Shown one piece after another: positions 9,579 to 20,236 of a DNA stretch of 64,000 bases. Origin of the DNA: an uncultured bacterium (lineage in GTDB: Bacteria > Desulfobacterota_D > UBA1144 > Nemesobacterales > UBA2774); assembly GCA_963825135.1 (NCBI GenBank), contig CAWGRW010000009.1:1568001-1632000 (forward strand). Reading direction: 5' to 3'. The notes under the pieces were generated by a model, which was given only the letters and a program-made list of their open reading frames with translations, made no database searches and was not told where the DNA came from. How positions within the stretch are numbered: position 1 is the stretch's first letter; each line of letters starts with the position of its first letter. Made by a program: the position numbers and the translations under genes.

Positions 9579-11084
9579 TTGTTAAGCTCGAAAGCGGTAA
9601 TTCTGTATTCAGTCACTCTTCTGTCCTCCTTGATCCTGTCCTGCGCTAACGGCGTTCCTGAGCTGAACCCGTATAAAGAAGCGTCTTCCGCCCCCGGGGT
9701 GGAGTGGAAGCCGTCCGCGAAGGAGCTGATGGAATCGTTTCAGCTTGAGGGACTGCCCGCGATCCCTGAGGATCTCAAATCGGATTCCGGGAGCTTCGCG
9801 CTTTCCCAGCTGGTGGACGTCGCTCTCGTGAACAACCCTACGACGCAGGTGGCATGGGAGAACGCCAGGGCCGCGGCAGCCTCCTGGGCCGAATCGAGAG
9901 GGCTATACTATCCCCAGATTGCGGGTATTGCCAGGTATGCCTATGCCAAAGGGGGCGGGGGTACGCAAGGTACGAATCCTTACCAGGAGCATTACGGCGA
10001 CGTCGGTCTCTCTCTGAACTACCTCCTTTTCGATTTCGGAGGACGTGAAGCCCAGATAGATGCCGCCCGTCTGGCTCTGATCAACGCCAACTGGAATCAG
10101 AACCAGGCGATTCAGAATGTGCTCCAGGCCGTTGCCGTTTCCTTTTACAATTACATAGGCAGTAAAGCCCTCGTAATAGCGGACGAAGCGAGTCTGAAAG
10201 ACGCTCAGACGAGTCTCGACGCGGCCTCGCTCAGGCTCGAAGCCGGGGTGGGCACGCTTCCCGACGAGCTGCAGGCCCAGGCCCAGCTGGCCCAGGTCGA
10301 TCTCGATCTCGTCGCAGCCAAGGGCAACGTGGAAATAAACAGGGGCTTGCTGGCGACGTCCGTGGGGTGGCCCGCGAACACCGCGTTCGACGTGGACGGA
10401 AATCTGAACGAGCTTCCCGTCGCGGCTATCAGTGACAACGTTGACAACCTTATTGCGCTTGCCATGAAAAACAGGCCCGACGTGGCCGCAGTCCAGGCGA
10501 CCGTGAGGCAGAGGGAGGCGCTCTTGTGGAAAGCCAAATCACAGTTCTTTCCCGAAATCTCCGCCACTGCGCAGCTTCTCCGCTGGTGGGTCAAGCCCGA
10601 AGGGGAGTCGAACGAGTTCTTCACCAATTATCTGGTGGGACTCCAGCTTCAGGTCCCAATATTTCAGGGGTTTCAGATCATTAACTCGGTACGTAAGGCG
10701 AGCGCCCAGCTTGAATCTGCGCGGGCAGCGCTTGAGCTCCAGGAACAGATCGTCATCAACCAGGTCTGGAACTCCTATTACAATTTCACCACCGCGGTCC
10801 AGTCACTTCAGGCTGCCGACAGTCTCGTCGCGAGCTCGCAGGAATCCTACGATGCTTCCCTCGCCCGGTTTAAAGCGGGCGTAGGAGATATAGTAGAGCT
10901 TCTCAACGCCCAGGCCACGCTGTCTCAGGCCAGGGCCGAGCAGGTACAGGCGAAGACGGACATCTTCACGTCCTACGCCGACCTTATCAATGCGATAGGC
11001 ACGGATCTTCCGAGTCCGGGCATGCCACAGGGATTGAGTCCGGCCGAAGAAGGAGGAAAGAATCAGGATGAAAAATCGAACTAA
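9579..11084 (+). CDS. TolC-family outer-membrane efflux lipoprotein
   Basis: OEP repeats (ALVNNP, LLFDFG, RFKAGVGDIVELLNAQ); start set at TTG 9579 because of a GGAG SD and a 22-aa lipoprotein signal ending LILSC; ORF track starts at 9459. Confidence 0.88.
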   Translation: MLSSKAVILYSVTLLSSLILSCANGVPELNPYKEASSAPGVEWKPSAKELMESFQLEGLPAIPEDLKSDSGSFALSQLVDVALVNNPTTQVAWENARAAAASWAESRGLYYPQIAGIARYAYAKGGGGTQGTNPYQEHYGDVGLSLNYLLFDFGGREAQIDAARLALINANWNQNQAIQNVLQAVAVSFYNYIGSKALVIADEASLKDAQTSLDAASLRLEAGVGTLPDELQAQAQLAQVDLDLVAAKGNVEINRGLLATSVGWPANTAFDVDGNLNELPVAAISDNVDNLIALAMKNRPDVAAVQATVRQREALLWKAKSQFFPEISATAQLLRWWVKPEGESNEFFTNYLVGLQLQVPIFQGFQIINSVRKASAQLESARAALELQEQIVINQVWNSYYNFTTAVQSLQAADSLVASSQESYDASLARFKAGVGDIVELLNAQATLSQARAEQVQAKTDIFTSYADLINAIGTDLPSPGMPQGLSPAEEGGKNQDEKSN

Positions 11085-12255
11085 ATTCGAAAAATGCCGT
11101 CGGAATATTCTCAGAGCCACTTCCGTTTTCGCGCTTCTCGTTCTCACTCTCACGGGATGCGGGAAGGATGAGAAACAGGCTCCCCCCGCCCTTCCGGTTA
11201 CCGTCGCGGATGTAACGTCCGAGACGGTCCCCATCTATCTCGAATACGTCGGGACCACTCAATCCGTACAGACCGTGGATATCAACGCCAGGGTGGAAGG
11301 CTTTTTAATAAAGAGGGCGTTTAAGGACGGGGCGGATCTCGAGGACGGCGCGCTTCTGTTCGTCATAGACCCGAGACCGTTCGAGGCGTCCCTGCAGCAG
11401 GCCCAGGCCCAGCTGGCCGAAGACAGAGCGTCTCTGGCTTATGCGCAGGAGCAGGTCAGGCGTTTTAAGCCGATAGTGGAAAAGGAATACATCACAAAGG
11501 ACACATACGACGGCTACGTAACGAAGGCGGCCGAGGCCCAGGCCGCGGTCGAGGCCGATATGGCCAACGTGACGCAGGCGAAGCTCAACCTGAGCTACTG
11601 CACCATGTACGCCCCGTTTGCGGGCCGTATCGGAAGGAGATACGTGGACGTCGGCAATCTCGTCGGTGCCGCCGGCGCCCCTACTAAACTCGCCACCATG
11701 GTCCAGCTCGACCCGATGTACGTATATTTCAGCGTTGCCGAGCGCGACATACCGCAAATATTCGAGGAGCATAGCAAAAACGACCTGACCGTCAGCATCA
11801 TCCTCCCCGACGAAACCAAGCATCCCGAAGACGGCAAGATCGATTTCATCAACAACGAGGTGGATGTCAATACAGGCACTATGGAGATGAGAGCCCTTGT
11901 CCCCAACGGTTCCGAAACAATGCTCCCCGGGCAGTTCGTCAAGGTACAGCTCCTCTTAAAGGAGCAGCCCGGCGCGCTGCTTGTCCCCCAGAAGGCGATT
12001 AGCGAATTTCAGGGACAGCAGTTCGTGTATGTCGTCGGCGCCGACAACAAGGTCGAATACAGAAACGTCACACCCGGTCCTAACTACAACGACCTCACCG
12101 TAATTCAGTACGGAGTTAAAGCGGGGGAAAAAGTAATAACGGAGGGTTTGCAAAAGGTAAAGCCCGGAATGACCGTAGCTCCCGGGACCGCTTCCGAAGA
12201 ATCGCAGAAGTCTGCTCCCGAGCCGTCGCCGTCGGCCGGAAAAGACAAAAAATAA
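11068..12255 (+). CDS. RND efflux periplasmic adaptor (MFP, AcrA-like) lipoprotein
   Basis: Lipobox LTGC, INARVEG, LLFVIDPRPF, APFAGRIG, LPGQFV. Confidence 0.95.
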   Translation: MKNRTKFEKCRRNILRATSVFALLVLTLTGCGKDEKQAPPALPVTVADVTSETVPIYLEYVGTTQSVQTVDINARVEGFLIKRAFKDGADLEDGALLFVIDPRPFEASLQQAQAQLAEDRASLAYAQEQVRRFKPIVEKEYITKDTYDGYVTKAAEAQAAVEADMANVTQAKLNLSYCTMYAPFAGRIGRRYVDVGNLVGAAGAPTKLATMVQLDPMYVYFSVAERDIPQIFEEHSKNDLTVSIILPDETKHPEDGKIDFINNEVDVNTGTMEMRALVPNGSETMLPGQFVKVQLLLKEQPGALLVPQKAISEFQGQQFVYVVGADNKVEYRNVTPGPNYNDLTVIQYGVKAGEKVITEGLQKVKPGMTVAPGTASEESQKSAPEPSPSAGKDKK

Positions 12256-12289
12256 AAGCGCTCTTCCTAATTAGTTAAGGAGATTCGTT

Positions 12290-15200
12290 TTGGTTGATTT
12301 TTTTATACAGCGTCCTGTTCTGGCCACGGTAGTCGCGATACTGATAACTCTTGTCGGCGCCATCTCCATACCGATTCTGCCGATCGCGCAGTTCCCGGAC
12401 ATCGCGCCCCCTACTATCAACGTTTCGGCTACCTACACGGGAGCGAGCGCCGAGGTCGTGGAGACCACCGTCACCGATCCTATCGAAGAGCAGATAAACG
12501 GCGTACAGGGCATGACGTACATGGAGTCCTACAGCTCGAACGACGGGACGATGAATATTAACGTCACCTTCGACGTCGGCTATGACCTCGATATCGCGAA
12601 CGTTGACGTGACGAACCAGGTGCAGCTCGCGACGCCCCTCGTTCCCTCGGAGGTGAGCAAGTACGGCATATCGGTCGAAAAACAGTCGCCGAGCCTTATC
12701 CTGGCCGTCCACCTAATATCTCCAGACGGGAGCCGCGACGACCTTTTTCTGAGCAATTATATCGGCATCCAGATTTACCAGACCCTCCAGCGTATCCCCG
12801 GAGTGGGCAACCTCACGATATGGGGCCAGAGGCAGTATTCCATGCGCGTCTGGCTCAACCCGGATAAGCTCGCGAGCTTGGGGATTACAACTTCCGACGT
12901 CGCCGCCGCAATATCGGAGCAGAACCTCCAGGTGGCTGCGGGTTCTGTAGGCGAGCCGCCCTCCCCCAAGGGCCAGCAGTTCCAGTACACGATTACGACC
13001 CTCGGGAGGCTCGAGACCGTCGAGGAATTCGAGGACATAATCATAAGAGCGGAGACGGACGGCACCGTAGTCCGCATCAAGGACGTGGCCCGCGTCGAAT
13101 TGGGCGCCCAGAGCTACGACCAGGACAGCCTTCTCGACGGTGAATCGGCTATCGGTATAGGTATTTATCAGCTCCCCGGAGCCAATGCCCTCGATGTCGA
13201 TAAACAGGTCAGAATTACCATGGAGCAGCTGAAAAAGAACTTCCCGTCAGGCGTCGATTACAGGATAGTGTATGACACTACCGAGTTTGTAAAAGCGTCG
13301 ATAATCGAGGTCGTCAAGACCCTCTTCGAGGCATTTATACTGGTATTCATAGTGGTATTCATTTTCCTCCAGAATTTCAGGGCCACGCTGATACCCGCAA
13401 TAACTATACCCGTCTCACTTATAGGTACATTCGCGCTCATCAACGCGTTCGGATTTTCCATCAATACCCTCAGTCTATTCGGCCTCGTCCTGGCTATCGG
13501 CCTCGTCGTGGACGACGCGATAGTGGTCGTGGAAAACGTATCCCGCCTGCTTCAGGAAAAAGACATGTCCCCGAGAGAAGCGACGAGCGCCGCGATGAAA
13601 GAGGTAACAGGGCCGATCGTCGCTACGTCCCTCGTGCTGATGGCCGTATTCGTTCCGGTCTCCTTCATGCCGGGCATTTCCGGGCAGATGTACAGGCAGT
13701 TCGCGCTGACGATCGCGTTTTCCGTGGGTATCTCCGCCATTAACGCGCTGACCCTGAGTCCTTCTCTCTGCGCGCTCTTTCTCCGCAAGGAGTCGGAGCA
13801 TCAATGGTGGTTCTACAGGAAATTCAACGAAGGTTTCGACCGCTTCAGGAACGGGTATCAGGGCTGGGTGAAGGAGTTAACCGGCCGTTGGAAGCTGGTA
13901 GTGCTGGTTTTCGCTGTGCTCATGGTGCTGACGGCTTTTATGTTTAAGATCGTGCCTACGGGTTTTGTCCCCGAGGAAGACCAGGGGTATTTCATCGTGA
14001 ATATTCAGGGTCCGGAGGGGTCGTCACTGGAGCGCACGAACGAGACTATGGATCAGGTGTACAAGGTCCTGATGGATACGCCGGGAATAGCGCACGTAGT
14101 CTCTATCTCCGGCCTTAACTTCCTTACCTCGAGCTCCGACTCGAACTCGGGGGCCATGTTCCCCGTGCTCGCGCCGTGGAGCCAGAGGAAATCCAAGGAA
14201 ACCCAGATCGATTACATTCTTAACAGCGTGCGCAAGAAGTTTGCGGGAATTCAGGGGGCGGTAATAGTGGCGTTCAACGCGCCCGCTATCCAGGGTCTTA
14301 GCTCCACCGGCGGCTTTCAGTTCGAGCTCGAGGACAGGACCAACCTCGGTCTGGATACACTCCAGAAGGTGATGGGGGAAATTGTCGAAGAAGGCCGGAA
14401 GATGCCGGAGCTTGTAGGTCTGTTCAGTTATTTTTCGATAGATACCCCCGGCCTTTATATCAAGCTCGACCGTACGAAAACTAAAACACAGGGTGTTTCG
14501 ATTTCGAACGTGTTCCAGACTTTACAGGCGTATCTCGGGTCCCTTTATGTAAACGATTTTAACCTCTTCGGCCAGGTGTACAGGGTTTTTATCCAGGCGG
14601 ATGAGCAGTACCGTAACACTGACAGACGACATCTCCCGGCTTTATGTACGCACCGACAAGAGGGACCTCGTGCCGCTCGATACGCTTATAGACGTGCAGA
14701 AGATAGTGGGTCCGGAGACCGTCACCCATTATAACCTCTACCGCTCGGCCGAGATAGACGGTGACAGCGCTCCGGGCTACAGCTCCGGCCAGGCTATAAG
14801 TACCATGGAAGAGCTGGCGGATAAATTTATGCCCGAGGGTATGGGGTTCGAATGGTCCGGCATATCGTATCAGGAAATTAAAGCGGGGAACCTCGCCCCG
14901 CTGATCTTCGGTCTCTCTCTCGTGTTCGTGTTCCTGTTCCTGGCCGCGTTATACGAGAGCTGGTCGATGCCGTTCATGGTGATGCTCGCAGTCCCGCTCG
15001 CGCTCCTCGGCGCTATGACTGCTCAGTGGATGCGCGGCCTCCAGGACGACATCTACTGCCAGATAGGGCTCGTCATGCTCATAGGTCTCGCGAGCAAGAA
15101 CGCGATTCTGATCGTCGAGTTCGCGAAGCAGCGCCGTGAAGAGGGTATGCCGATTCAGGAAGCGGCGATGACGGCCGCTCTCATCAGACTAAGGCCAATA

Positions 15201-15401
15201 TTGATGACTGCGTTCGCTTTTATTTTCGGAGTTTTCCCGCTCGTCATCGCCTCCGGGGCGGGTGCGAACAGCCGCCATTCACTCGGGACGGCGGTGTTCG
15301 GAGGCATGATAGTTTCCACGCTCCTCAGCCTCATTATCGTTCCCGTATTCTACGTGGTCATCGAGAACTTAAGAGAGCGCGGACCGCAGAAACCCGCTTA
15401 A
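12290..15401 (+). CDS. HAE1 RND efflux permease (AcrB-like), split by a +1 frameshift near 14620
   Basis: ORF 12290-14734 and ORF 14601-15401 join into about 1036 aa if one base is removed; VVDDAIVVVENV, SKNAILIVEFA, RLRPILMT present. Confidence 0.9.
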
Positions 15402-15492
15402 TTCGAAATCAATCTTTCTTATGATGTCATTGCCGGGGTGCGACGCACCCGCAGATGCTATCGTATGTCCGCGGCGACTCGCCGCCCCTCCC

Positions 15493-16143
15493 CTACTTCA
15501 AAATCTCCCCCGTCTTCTCGCTCCATAGCAGGAGGTCGAGCTCGTCCATGGGGATGCCTATATCGTCCGCAAATTGCCTGAGGCTATTCTCTATAGAGAT
15601 ATACCTGTCCCTAGCGCCGGGCGGCTTCGGACTGTCGATTACGCCGAGCTCGAATAACGTATTGAGTATATGCTTGTCGAGAATTGCGTAACCCCGATAG
15701 CCTATATTCCTGAGAAAGTGGCTCGACTCCTTGTACCCTATCCCCTTTATGTCCTTGTTCCGGGCAAAGAAGTCCCTCCTCTCGAGCGGGTCTCCGAATG
15801 ATTCGATGAGACCTCTCAGCTTGAGCCCGTGCTCGCGCCTGAGATACTCCCTGGTGTGAATTATGTAGGCCGGTCTGTAGTTGGGGAACCTGTGGACACC
15901 TTCCAGTCTCCTCCTGAATTTCTTGAGACTCCCATCGAGAAGTATGTCCTTGAGCGCCTCGATGGACCTGAGCCCCATTTTGGCGCTCGCCCCCGCCGTG
16001 CAGATGCAGAACGCGAGCTCCTCGAATATCCTTCCGTCGTCCCCGTTCCTGTAAACGTCCCGGAACTCCTCGAGCCTCGCTCTGATTATTCCGCGCTTTG
16101 CGTGATAGGACATCCTGAGCTTTTCACGAAGTTCCTTTTTCAT
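15493..16143 (-). CDS. ogg: 8-oxoguanine DNA glycosylase/AP lyase (Ogg, short archaeal/Thermotoga-like type)
   Basis: FEELAFCICTA, HRFPN, HhH motif KGIGYKESSHFLRNIG, AILDKHIL, ELDLLLW..TGEILK. Confidence 0.88.
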   Translation of the reverse strand: MKKELREKLRMSYHAKRGIIRARLEEFRDVYRNGDDGRIFEELAFCICTAGASAKMGLRSIEALKDILLDGSLKKFRRRLEGVHRFPNYRPAYIIHTREYLRREHGLKLRGLIESFGDPLERRDFFARNKDIKGIGYKESSHFLRNIGYRGYAILDKHILNTLFELGVIDSPKPPGARDRYISIENSLRQFADDIGIPMDELDLLLWSEKTGEILK

Positions 16144-16197
16144 TGCCGTTTGCCCGGGGAGGGTAGGGATGTGACCGAGAGGTTATGCTTGATGGCG

Positions 16198-18648
16198 CTA
16201 TTTGTAGATGGTGAGGCTGACGCCGGGAGTCAGTTCGGCCGATGTCAGGTTATTCCATTTCTGGATGCTTGCTACCGATACATTATGCATGCTCGCGATC
16301 TCCCAGAGCGTATCTCCTTTCTTGACGCGGTAGCTGATAGTATCGTTGCTGCCGGTCGCGGAGGCGCTTGCCGATGCATATTTATCATTCGGGATTATAA
16401 GTACCTGCCCCGACCTTATCGTGGAGCCGTTCAGGTTATTGGCGCTCGTTAACGTGGACAGACTGACGCCGTGCTTCTGCGCGATGCTGCCGAGCGTGTC
16501 TCCGGGTTGTACCCTGTACCTGTCGGTGCTGCTGACCCTCGTTTCTGCGGCCGGGCTCTCGTTTGAGGCGACCGAGGAGCCGGGGATAGAAAGCACCTGT
16601 CCGTATTTAATTACGGAGCCGTTCAGGTTATTGGCGCTTCGTATGGAAGCGACGGGCACGCCGAACTTCCTCGAGATACTGCCGAGTGTATCTCCGCGCG
16701 ATACGGTGTATCTGCCCGAGGCTTCGATGCTGCTGGTCCTGACAGGCGCGTCTTCAGCGGCGGCGTACGAGGAGGAGCCCGGTATGGTTAATACCTCGCC
16801 CCGTTTTACCGTGGTGCCGCTCATATCGTTTGCGTCTTTGATCGATGCGATGGATACCCCGTGTTTCTCCGCTATCCCGCCCAGCGTGTCTCCCGATTTA
16901 ACCGTATAGCTCTTTGTCTCGCGTGCGGAAGGCGCCGTCGATGATATTGTATCTGTCGTAACAGCGGCGTCCGTGTACGTCTCTTCCGAGCTGGCGATAT
17001 AGCTGTTTCCATCCGTGATATAAGGTATGTCCAGTTCCTGCCCGGACATTATCGTCGACCCCTCTATTCTGTTAACCCGCCTGATCGTCGTTATGCTCAC
17101 GTTGTATTTAGCCGCGATACCGCCCAGGGTTTCACCCGGCTGAACCCTGTGTTTCGTAATCTTTGTGGTGTTAGTAGCTACGACTTCTTCTTCGTAATAG
17201 CGGCCGGTGGAGCCCGGGATAGTCAGCACCTCCCCTGATCTTATTATAGAGCTTCTGAGGCTGTTGGCGTTCTTTATCGAAGCGATGCTTACCCTGTGCC
17301 TGGCGGCAATCGCCCCAAGCGTGTCACCCCTCCTGACTCTGTACCTCACGGTGGCGGATTGGCTGTCCCCGGATGCATAGGAGGAATCGGAAGGACCCGC
17401 GAGCCCGGGTATGGTCAGCACCTGCCCCCTCCTGATTGTCGAGCTTCTCATGCCGTTTGCCCTTTTTATGCTCGACACGCTTACCCCGTATCGCGCGGCT
17501 ATCCTGCCGAGGGTTTCACCCCGCTTTACCGTATGAGTGCCCCCGGCGCTCCTCTGGGCAATCATTGGATTGACGTCTGTTAAAGCATACAACTCACTGC
17601 TTTTATGCGACGTGATTGTTGCGTAACCCTGGGGAACGTTAATTTGATAAGGGCCTCCTGGAGGAGTAGCCCCAAGCAGTATCGCCGGATTTAGTTCGAC
17701 GAGGGTATATTGGCTTACGCCGATTACCCTTGCTATGTCCGTGAGATTTTTCTGAGGAGGCACCGTGACGGTCTCATTGAAATCAGCGTCCTGGTAATTG
17801 ATTCCGACGAACCCGTACTTTTCCGGGCTTTTCGCGATAATCAGAGCGGCCATCAGCTTGGGCACATAATTCTTGGTTTCCGTCGGCAGCGTGTATTCCG
17901 ATATCTGCCAGAAGTCGTTGATTTGATATTTGTCTATCGCCGCCTGCACTCGGTCCTCTCCGCAGTTATAACCCGCCGCCGCGAGCTCCCAGGACTGAAA
18001 CATTGCGTAGAGGTCGCTCAGATAATCGGCAGCGGCTACCGTGGATTTCCTGGGGTCCATCCTTTCGTCCACCCAGGCGTCGACTCTGAGACCGTAGCGC
18101 GTCGCCGTAGGCTTTATGAATTGCCATGGGCCGACCGCTGCCTTCTGGGATTCCGCTTTTACGCTGAACCCGCTTTCGATCATTGCGAGATAAACCAGGT
18201 CCGTGGGCATCCCTCTCTGCGAAAGGATTTCCTTCATCATGGGGATGTATTTGCCGGATCGTTCGAGCCAGGTGCTGAAAGACCTCCTCCCATCGTTCTG
18301 AAAATACACCATGTAGTGAATGACCTTGTCGTTCAGAACGACCGGTATTTCCTTTTCCGATTCGGGGGCTACGTCCGGGAACTGGTCGAATATGTTCTCT
18401 ATATAGTAGTAGGTTTTCCAGCCTTGTACCTGGGGGTTCAGGATGAAGAAGCTCGACCTGACGTCTTCAATTGTTTCTTCTCCGTTGTCTTCATCGACTA
18501 TCTTTATCTCTGAATTGAGTTCGGTATCCCCGAGACGGATTCCCGAGATGGTCGGTCCCGAAGCGTTCTTAACGGTAGTCTTCGCTCCGCAACCGATCAG
18601 CAGAAGTGTTGTAACACCGGCGAGGGGCAGTAAATGCTTGTAAAACAT
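16198..18648 (-). CDS. mltD: Membrane-bound lytic murein transglycosylase D-like lipoprotein with 7 LysM domains
   Basis: Lipobox LLIGC; SLT motifs AMIESG, AVGPWQF, AAAGYNCG, ETKNYVPKL; seven VxxGD/ETL LysM repeats. Confidence 0.9.
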   Translation of the reverse strand: MFYKHLLPLAGVTTLLLIGCGAKTTVKNASGPTISGIRLGDTELNSEIKIVDEDNGEETIEDVRSSFFILNPQVQGWKTYYYIENIFDQFPDVAPESEKEIPVVLNDKVIHYMVYFQNDGRRSFSTWLERSGKYIPMMKEILSQRGMPTDLVYLAMIESGFSVKAESQKAAVGPWQFIKPTATRYGLRVDAWVDERMDPRKSTVAAADYLSDLYAMFQSWELAAAGYNCGEDRVQAAIDKYQINDFWQISEYTLPTETKNYVPKLMAALIIAKSPEKYGFVGINYQDADFNETVTVPPQKNLTDIARVIGVSQYTLVELNPAILLGATPPGGPYQINVPQGYATITSHKSSELYALTDVNPMIAQRSAGGTHTVKRGETLGRIAARYGVSVSSIKRANGMRSSTIRRGQVLTIPGLAGPSDSSYASGDSQSATVRYRVRRGDTLGAIAARHRVSIASIKNANSLRSSIIRSGEVLTIPGSTGRYYEEEVVATNTTKITKHRVQPGETLGGIAAKYNVSITTIRRVNRIEGSTIMSGQELDIPYITDGNSYIASSEETYTDAAVTTDTISSTAPSARETKSYTVKSGDTLGGIAEKHGVSIASIKDANDMSGTTVKRGEVLTIPGSSSYAAAEDAPVRTSSIEASGRYTVSRGDTLGSISRKFGVPVASIRSANNLNGSVIKYGQVLSIPGSSVASNESPAAETRVSSTDRYRVQPGDTLGSIAQKHGVSLSTLTSANNLNGSTIRSGQVLIIPNDKYASASASATGSNDTISYRVKKGDTLWEIASMHNVSVASIQKWNNLTSAELTPGVSLTIYK

Positions 18649-18831
18649 TGACTTTTTTTTATCATAATTTGGCTTGAATGTCAATGGATTGAGATACAAA
18701 TTTAAGTATTTTTATTAAAAAACCTAGTGACGCCCTGCATATACCGGGCTTCAAATTGTTTCTAAATTGTTCTGTCCGGGCATCCCTTTCAGGATCTCAG
18801 CTGTAAAGAATTTCTAAGATTGATTCGTTCC

Positions 18832-20091
18832 TCATACCGCCCCTGAAAAATATTTTTTAAAATCTCGCGGCTTCATGTTAGCGGTTTTGGCCAGAACTTT
18901 CAGCTTCTTTTCGTCGGAAAGGTCCTCTTCCCTGAGCTTGATCATATATTTTTGCGCGACTTCGTACGATTCGGTCTCTATATCGACGTACCTTATCCTG
19001 GGCCGATTTAAAACCGGGTCAATGATTTCATTGAAATTGACCGGCACCATCTTGCCCCTTTGCGTCGATATCAGCGCCCCCGAGCCTCCGTTGAGCAGGT
19101 ATTTCACGGCGCTGTAACCGAGGTTGCGCGTGTAATTTGCATCAAAAGGTATCGGCGGCGCCGACCTTAGCTCATACCCGACCGTCTTGTCTATTATCCT
19201 GGCGTCGATCCCCTTTTCGGCGAGCGACCTGATTGTTTCGTGTTTAATCAGTTCTCCGAGATCGACTTCGGAGAGCCTTATCCGCCCGAACTCGTCCATG
19301 CTCAGGTCATTCAGGTTCTTGAGTTCTTCCTCGTCGAGTTTCTCGGTGAGCCCTTCCGCGAGTATTGCTACTCCGTCCTCCCTTCCAGACGCCAGGCGTT
19401 TGATGATGGAGCCCTCGAGAATTGCGGTGATATTTCTGAGAGGTATTTTTCTCTCACCGAACTGCTCGGGAATTAAGGTCAGTGTCGCCCCGGCCGCTTT
19501 GCCTATTCCCAGGGCGAGGTGCCCGGTTTTTCTCCCCATGGTTACGACGAAATACCACCTGTTCGTCGTCTTCGCGTCTTCCATGAGGTAATGGACGAGC
19601 TTTGTCCCGATATGACGGGCGGTCTCGAAACCGAATGTCGGAATGTATCCGGGGAGCGGAATATTATTGTCGATCGTTTTCGGGACATGAGCCACCTTTA
19701 TCTTCCCCCTGGCGGCCTTCTCTACCTCGCTTGCAAGGAACATCGTCCCGTCCCCGCCGATGGTTATAAGGTAGCCGACGCCAAGCCCGGTCAGGCTGCC
19801 GATGGTGTTCTTCATCCTTTCCCTGCTCGACGTCGGGTTTGCCCTCGATATGCCGATTATCGAGCCGCCCGTGTTGTGTATGCGTGACGTATTCGGTATG
19901 GTCAGCTTCAGGATATGCGCAGTATCGCCCTCTGCCAGCCACCTGAACCCTTCCATTATGCCGAGGACATCGACGCCCCGGTTTATGGCCTCGATGGTCG
20001 ATGCGCTGATGACGCCGTTTATTCCCGGCGCCGGACCCCCTCCCACAAGTAAAGCGAGCTTCTTTCCCTTACGTTGTTTTGTTCCGGGCAT
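18832..20091 (-). CDS. 6-phosphofructokinase (Pfp/PPi-PFK-like family)
   Basis: VGGGPAPGINGVI, GGDG, PKTIDN, MGRKTGHLAL, GYELR. Confidence 0.9.
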   Translation of the reverse strand: MPGTKQRKGKKLALLVGGGPAPGINGVISASTIEAINRGVDVLGIMEGFRWLAEGDTAHILKLTIPNTSRIHNTGGSIIGISRANPTSSRERMKNTIGSLTGLGVGYLITIGGDGTMFLASEVEKAARGKIKVAHVPKTIDNNIPLPGYIPTFGFETARHIGTKLVHYLMEDAKTTNRWYFVVTMGRKTGHLALGIGKAAGATLTLIPEQFGERKIPLRNITAILEGSIIKRLASGREDGVAILAEGLTEKLDEEELKNLNDLSMDEFGRIRLSEVDLGELIKHETIRSLAEKGIDARIIDKTVGYELRSAPPIPFDANYTRNLGYSAVKYLLNGGSGALISTQRGKMVPVNFNEIIDPVLNRPRIRYVDIETESYEVAQKYMIKLREEDLSDEKKLKVLAKTANMKPRDFKKYFSGAV

Positions 20092-20236
20092 ACCCGAACT
20101 CCTTTTCGATAATTTTATCTCGGAGAGTCATCATTGTGCCTAAGATTATACATAGGCCCAGGAATCTCACCACTTGTAATATGGCCCTGATTACATTAAG
20201 TTCTGGGCATGTTATTATAAAGCCGGTCGGAAATAT

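Noticed and set aside
16198..17540. Periodic repeats suggesting a CRISPR or other DNA array
   Set aside because: They are degenerate LysM coding repeats within one ORF
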